Part shown: positions 58,939 to 64,000 of the stretch, in pieces
Layout of the letters: the number at the start of each line of letters is the position of its first letter
Numbering within the stretch: the first letter of the stretch is position 1
Assembly (NCBI RefSeq): GCF_009914755.1
Contig: NC_060937.1
Strand: one strand, 5' to 3'
DNA length: 64,000 nt
Source of the DNA: the human T2T-CHM13v2.0 reference genome, Homo sapiens
Position numbers and translations under genes: made by a program
The notes under the pieces: generated by a model
The model's input: the letters and a program-made list of their open reading frames with translations, nothing else
Database searches by the model: none
What the model was told of the DNA's origin: nothing

Positions 58939-59823
58939 TGTTACAGGCTCACAGGCTCTTAGGATCTCCATGTAATGGAAATTAACATGGGGACAAATTG
59001 ATTTCCCAGACAAGGCTGTATTTCAGGACTTGTGCTTGATGGTAAGGGAGGAAATGGAAGTGCAGGAATTTTCCAGCTGGCTCTGCGAAAAAAGCCAGTA
59101 GGAAGTATTTTTGTGTGTGCAGTGGCGCGAACAGGGCTCACGGCAGCCTCGTCCTCCTGGGCTCAAGGGATGCTCCCATTACAGCCTCCTGAATAGCTAG
59201 GACTACAGGCAAGCACCACCATGCCCTGCTAATTTTTGTGTTTTTTGTAGAGGTAGGGTTTGCCATGTTGCCTAGGCTGGTCTTGAACTCCTGAGTTCAA
59301 GCGATCCACCGGCCTCAGCCTCGCAAAGTGCTGGATTACAGGTATTAGCCACCGGGCTCGGACTAAACAGGGATATTTTATTAAGCAAAGCATCAGAATT
59401 GATATCAGAGGTAGGGTATGCAATACAGGCTGGGATGGGCAAGTCCGTGAGGGATAGGGTATTCAGGTCACATATCTGGTTGTGATGGTATCTTGAGTAA
59501 TGGGCCACCTGGTGGTCTGGCCCTTGACAACAAGGCTGTAAATCAATTGTTCAGCATTCCTTCCCTGGTTGGGACATCCCACAATCTTGGTTTGGTATTT
59601 GAATTGCTTAAGGCCATTTCTGGAATTTTTAAAGTAAAAGGTATGGTTACACATTATGAGAGCACAAAAGAGCAATATAGAATGGCTATTTTCTTTATAG
59701 AATGACTATTAGTGGGTATGGCATCAGTGAGGCAGTGTTGTGGGTTTTGTGATCAGTGGGGACACATGAAGGAATGCTCTAGTGGGGTGAGTTAAAGCCA
59801 AGACTAATCCCCATTCTGTCTCA
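58939..59823 (-). mobile_element. 5' LTR of the provirus, interrupted by an AluJ
   Basis: Minus strand starts 'tgagacagaatgggg' and ends 'gtaaca'. Confidence 0.9.
59117..59363 (-). mobile_element. AluJ lacking its 3' end and tail
   Basis: 'gcagcctcgtcctcctgggctcaag' and 'ttttgtagag...gccatgttgcctaggctgg...ctcctgagttcaagcgatcc'. Confidence 0.9.
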
Positions 59824-60464
59824 ATTCCTCCACTACAATTTGTGTGTTTTCTTATATATTTAGAGCCCCAAATAATACAATAAGTGTTATTTTGAATTTA
59901 CTTGAACATTTTACTTTTTCCTATACCATTTGCTTCACCTTATGTTTCTGTGTTTTCATCTGGCATTAGTTATTCTACCTGAAGAACTGCTTTTCAATAG
60001 TACATTTCTGGTATGTCTTCTGACACTATGTTTGCAGTGTTTTCCTGGAAATATCTTTGTTTTGTTTTCTTTATTGAAGAATATATGCGGAAGTTAACAA
60101 ATTTTAGGTTGATGGTCATTTTCTTTCAAATGCATAATAATATGTCTTCTAGCTTCCATTATTCTTCACGAAAATTAAGCAGTCTTATTTTTGTTCATTT
60201 AAAACTCTTTTTCTTTATCTACTTTGTTTTTGGCTTTTAACAGTTTTAACATGATGTGACCAGGTATTTTTTTTTCATTTATTCTTTGTAGTTTATATTG
60301 CTTCTGGAAACTCTATTATGTTTTCTGTTTTCTAAATTATTAGCAACTATTTTTAAAAATATTGCATCTGTGACATTATCTTCTGTAACTTCAACTGTAC
60401 ATCATACAATGCATCTCTCTATCTATCTATATGAACACACACATGTCTTTATAATATATAACTA

Positions 60465-60802
60465 CAATCATGTACCACATAAGAACGTATTGGTTGATCA
60501 CATACAGAATTGTAGGCCTACAAGATTATAATGCTGTAATTTTACTGTACCTGTTCTAGGTTTAGATATATTTAGATACACAAATACTTACAATCATGTT
60601 ACAGTTGCCTACAGTATTTAGTATAGTAACATGCTTTACAGGTTTGTAACCTAAAAGCAATAGGCTATACCACATGGTATAGCTGTGTAGTAGTATATAA
60701 CATCTAGGTTTGTGTAAGTAAACTCTACAATGTTTGAACAATGATATAGCCTAACAAGGCATTTCTCTTAATGTATCCCTGCCATTAAGCAATGTATGAC
60801 TA
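60465..60802 (+). mobile_element. Tigger3a/MER7A-like DNA transposon (TcMar-Tigger MITE)
   Basis: Degenerate TIRs 'caatcatgtaccacataa' and 'ttaagcaatgtatgact', preceded by TA. Core 'gttacagttgcctacagtatttagta...gcaataggctatacca'. Confidence 0.88.
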
Positions 60803-61327
60803 TCTACTGAATTCTTAACTCATACATAGTCAAGAGTCAATGCTATAAAACAAAAACACATTGTGAAAACTCTTCTTAGTGTAAATCAAACGCAAACATA
60901 TTTCACTATTAACAAGTGAAAAAGCTTCAAACAAGGCTGGCTATGGATAAATGATTATGTTTTCTCAAGAATAAAATATCTTCATTATTTTGCAGTTTTT
61001 GTGAATATCAACTGAACTTTGTGATCAATAAATAGAATTAATTAGGTAGTAAACCACATTAATATAAATATATAAATCAAATACGTTTTCTTCCTATATT
61101 TTCCAAATAGAGAAAGCTACAGTAATAACTCTTATACAATGTAAAGAATAGAATATATCAAGCCCATTTAATAATATACTCATTAAAGCATTTAATAAAA
61201 CAAGTCAAAGTGAGGTAAAAGAAAAAAAAGTAGATTTATTTTAATAAAAACACATGGTCCCCTTGTATCTTTCCTCCTCCACATAGCTTTAATCACTCAA
61301 TTTGGGTTCATACCCAACTCTACTCAA

Positions 61328-61412
61328 ATAAGATAGACGATTATAGACAGAAAGATAGATAAATAGATGATAGATCGATAGATAGATAGACAGATAGACA
61401 GAAGATAGATAC
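61328..61412. repeat. Degenerate (GATA)n/(GACA)n microsatellite
   Basis: Visible tetranucleotide repeats. Confidence 0.9.
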
Positions 61413-63169
61413 ATAAAACCACTAACTGGTAACTGGCCCACTACCTAAACTATGTTTACCGTTTACCCTTACACTTTAATGCATTCATGGTGGAGTAGCA
61501 ATTACATAGCTTTTAAGATGTGGCAATTAGGTGCAGTCAGCAGGACCACACAAAAGTCATCTATTAAAACAAGGCTTGTATGACAGACTAGGATTTGTTA
61601 TTGATTTCAATATGTAAGATCCACTTATTTCCAAGTGCAAAACACATTCCTTCTTACATCAATTGAGCAGACACAGAAGGTCTAGGTAAATTGGAACTGT
61701 CATTCAAATTAGTGATAGAAATAAAAATTGAACAATAAATGATAAATATTCCGATTCTCTAGGGAAATTTTTTCAACAACAAAGCTAATGTAGTGAATAA
61801 TTACCGACTATGGCTTAAGGTCTGTGAAAATGTGGTATCAAGTTGAATATAGCCTATCTGGATCATGACAATTCACAATAATGAAAAAGTCACCAAGAAT
61901 AACATGCTTAGGGTATGGTAGTTGTAGTAATCCAACACACAACTACAGAAGCAATTTTTAAAAAATTAAATTTAAGTGTTATTTCCTTCAACTTGGCGAG
62001 GTGGAAAATAAAGTTTCATGTTATAGGCTCACTTTACATAGGCTATCTTCAAATTGTTTAAGAGATGTAACAATAAAGAGCTTTGTAAGGTATTTTTAGC
62101 AAAAATCACATTTTTAAAGTAAAATTATTCATAAATCAACTAATATATATAATTGATCTGCCTCAATTTCAGATTCATTTGGAACTTTCTGATACAGACA
62201 ATTGAAAGTTCTGATTCAATCCCATTATTTTGGTACAGAACATTTATTTAATTATAAACAAAATCTGTGAGATGAGCTGTCTAATGCATATTGAATCTCA
62301 CTTTATCTTTATTTCTATTCATTGAGTTTCAGACATTGAATCAAAAAAAGATTGTAATACCAACAAAATGGGTATAAATCAAAGAAAAAAATGCTTCGTT
62401 ATTAAAGATCTAAACTATGTTTTTATTTTTAAAATTTTATCTATGAAATGTTTGTGGTTTGGATTGTAATTAAATGAAACACATTAAAAATTACATTTTA
62501 AGGAAAACAAGTAGAAGGAAGGAGAAAAACTTTAAAAGGTGCCTGATTATAATAATTTCCATATTTTCATCTAAAGACAAAAGCAGATCCAAATTAATGA
62601 CCCCAAACCAAGATCAAACAAGTTTCTGACAAGAGAGAAACTGATTATAAAATAAATTGTCCAAAGAAGTTAATTAAGCAAGCAAAGGAACTTCTCAGAC
62701 TTATCATGAAATAAATTGAGCTAGTTTGTTTTATTTTACTTTCAAATAAGTCACTAGGTTAAAGCAGAACACTTCTGTATGAATAGAATTGGTCATCTTG
62801 AAAGAGCAATGGCAATGTCATTCTTGATATGTGTGTGTTTTAGTAGGAAGTAACTATATAAATATCTATTACAAAAATTTATAATTAATGGTATTTTAAG
62901 TATTTTATGAAATTAATTATAAATCAGAATATCCATTCAAGCGTTTGAAAATAATGAACTGCAAAGGTTAAAGTTAATCAATAACACTGTTTGTCAAATA
63001 AATATCATTAGAATCTTTGTATTTTTTTTTCTTTTGGCACAAAGTGATTTTTCTTTTTGTTTTTGTTCATTTTATTTTGTTTGGTTTTGGTGACTAGACA
63101 GGGTTTCTAATCTCCTAGGGAAGTCAGAAGAATTAATCATTCAAAACAATAAAAATGGCACAATTTCTA

Positions 63170-63620
63170 CTCAGATAGGGTCCCTAAGTAATCATTCCTG
63201 CACAATAGCATTTTCCTCAAGGTGGCAAGAGTACTATAATTGATGATTTGGGTATGGAATTATTATGTACTAATAACAGTACACAGCCTATTACTGTGTG
63301 ATATCTCCTGCTGCTTTATAATTAGCTCTATGCGTGGTTTGGATGAGTAGCTGTGTACTTCACGGACTGTTCGCCAGGTAGAACATAACGGCTCCTTGGG
63401 AGCCAATTAGCTGGGCCTGTCAAGGCCAATTTCAGCAAATTTAGTTTGTGGATTATAACCCAAAACGCCATAATTGTGACAAGCATACACAGGACTTGAC
63501 GAGCTAAAAAGAATATCTGCACTGACAATACAAATTATTTCCCATTCATGTTTGTTCATTATTATAATAAAGAATCATTGCTTAGAATTGTCTATGATTC
63601 TGAAATCACAACAGTGTTTA
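63170..63620. promoter_or_regulatory. Candidate conserved non-coding element / enhancer
   Basis: Unique-looking sequence, GC-richer than its flanks, with several CpGs and clustered TAATT and TGTCA/TGACA motifs. Function is inference only. Confidence 0.35.
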
Positions 63621-64000
63621 GCCTGTGATGAGTAATTATTTACAATTTTTATTTTCAGGGTAGATTCTTAATTTTGAATGAAAATGAGGAAGCAAAAAGA
63701 AGTGAGACTTAATATATCCTTTCTCAAAGACGATGATAATTACACTTGATAGAATGTATTAAAAGGTTTTTCTCTAAGAACTGAATCCATCATAAAGCAA
63801 TGAATACAAAATGTCATGCTTGATCTTTCATTTTTATTGTCGCTTTGCTGTTTTGATTTCTAGAACAGTATTTTGATTAAATTAATGGTTATTCTATGTG
63901 ATGGCCATGCCTAAATTTTACACAGGGCTGTACTAGTAGAATCTGGCAATCTTATACATAAGGTAAATATTTTATCAACCTCTTCTTTTTCTAACAGTAA

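Noticed and set aside
63328-63528. 66-aa ORF over the candidate conserved element
   Set aside because: Non-ATG start, no homology recognised, no convincing splice pair.

Overview
AT-rich primate (human-like) non-coding DNA, either intergenic or deep intronic. I find no credible protein-coding exon or functional RNA gene. The supplied ORFs are short and mostly come from Alu, LTR or microsatellite sequence. The window is a layered record of transposable elements: a young L1PA 3' end, about 16 Alus (J, S and Y types), several MaLR/ERVL LTRs, L2/MIR/old L1 debris and two DNA-transposon relics. It also holds two ERV1 solo LTRs with intact 4-bp TSDs (LTR27/LTR1-like, and a CpG-rich ERV9 LTR12 with a CCAAT array) and a complete two-LTR MER4-group provirus (51037-59823, TSD ATTC) carrying a tRNA-Glu-like relic. 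The less ordinary signals are local rearrangement scars: a fold-back inverted duplication, a 210-bp dispersed duplication, a tail-less Alu fragment fused to a templated copy, a twin-primed L1 and an ORF1-less L1. There is also a candidate conserved non-coding element near 63.2-63.6 kb. I see no support for a new multi-gene biological system. Subfamily names are from recalled consensus sequences and need RepeatMasker/Dfam confirmation.
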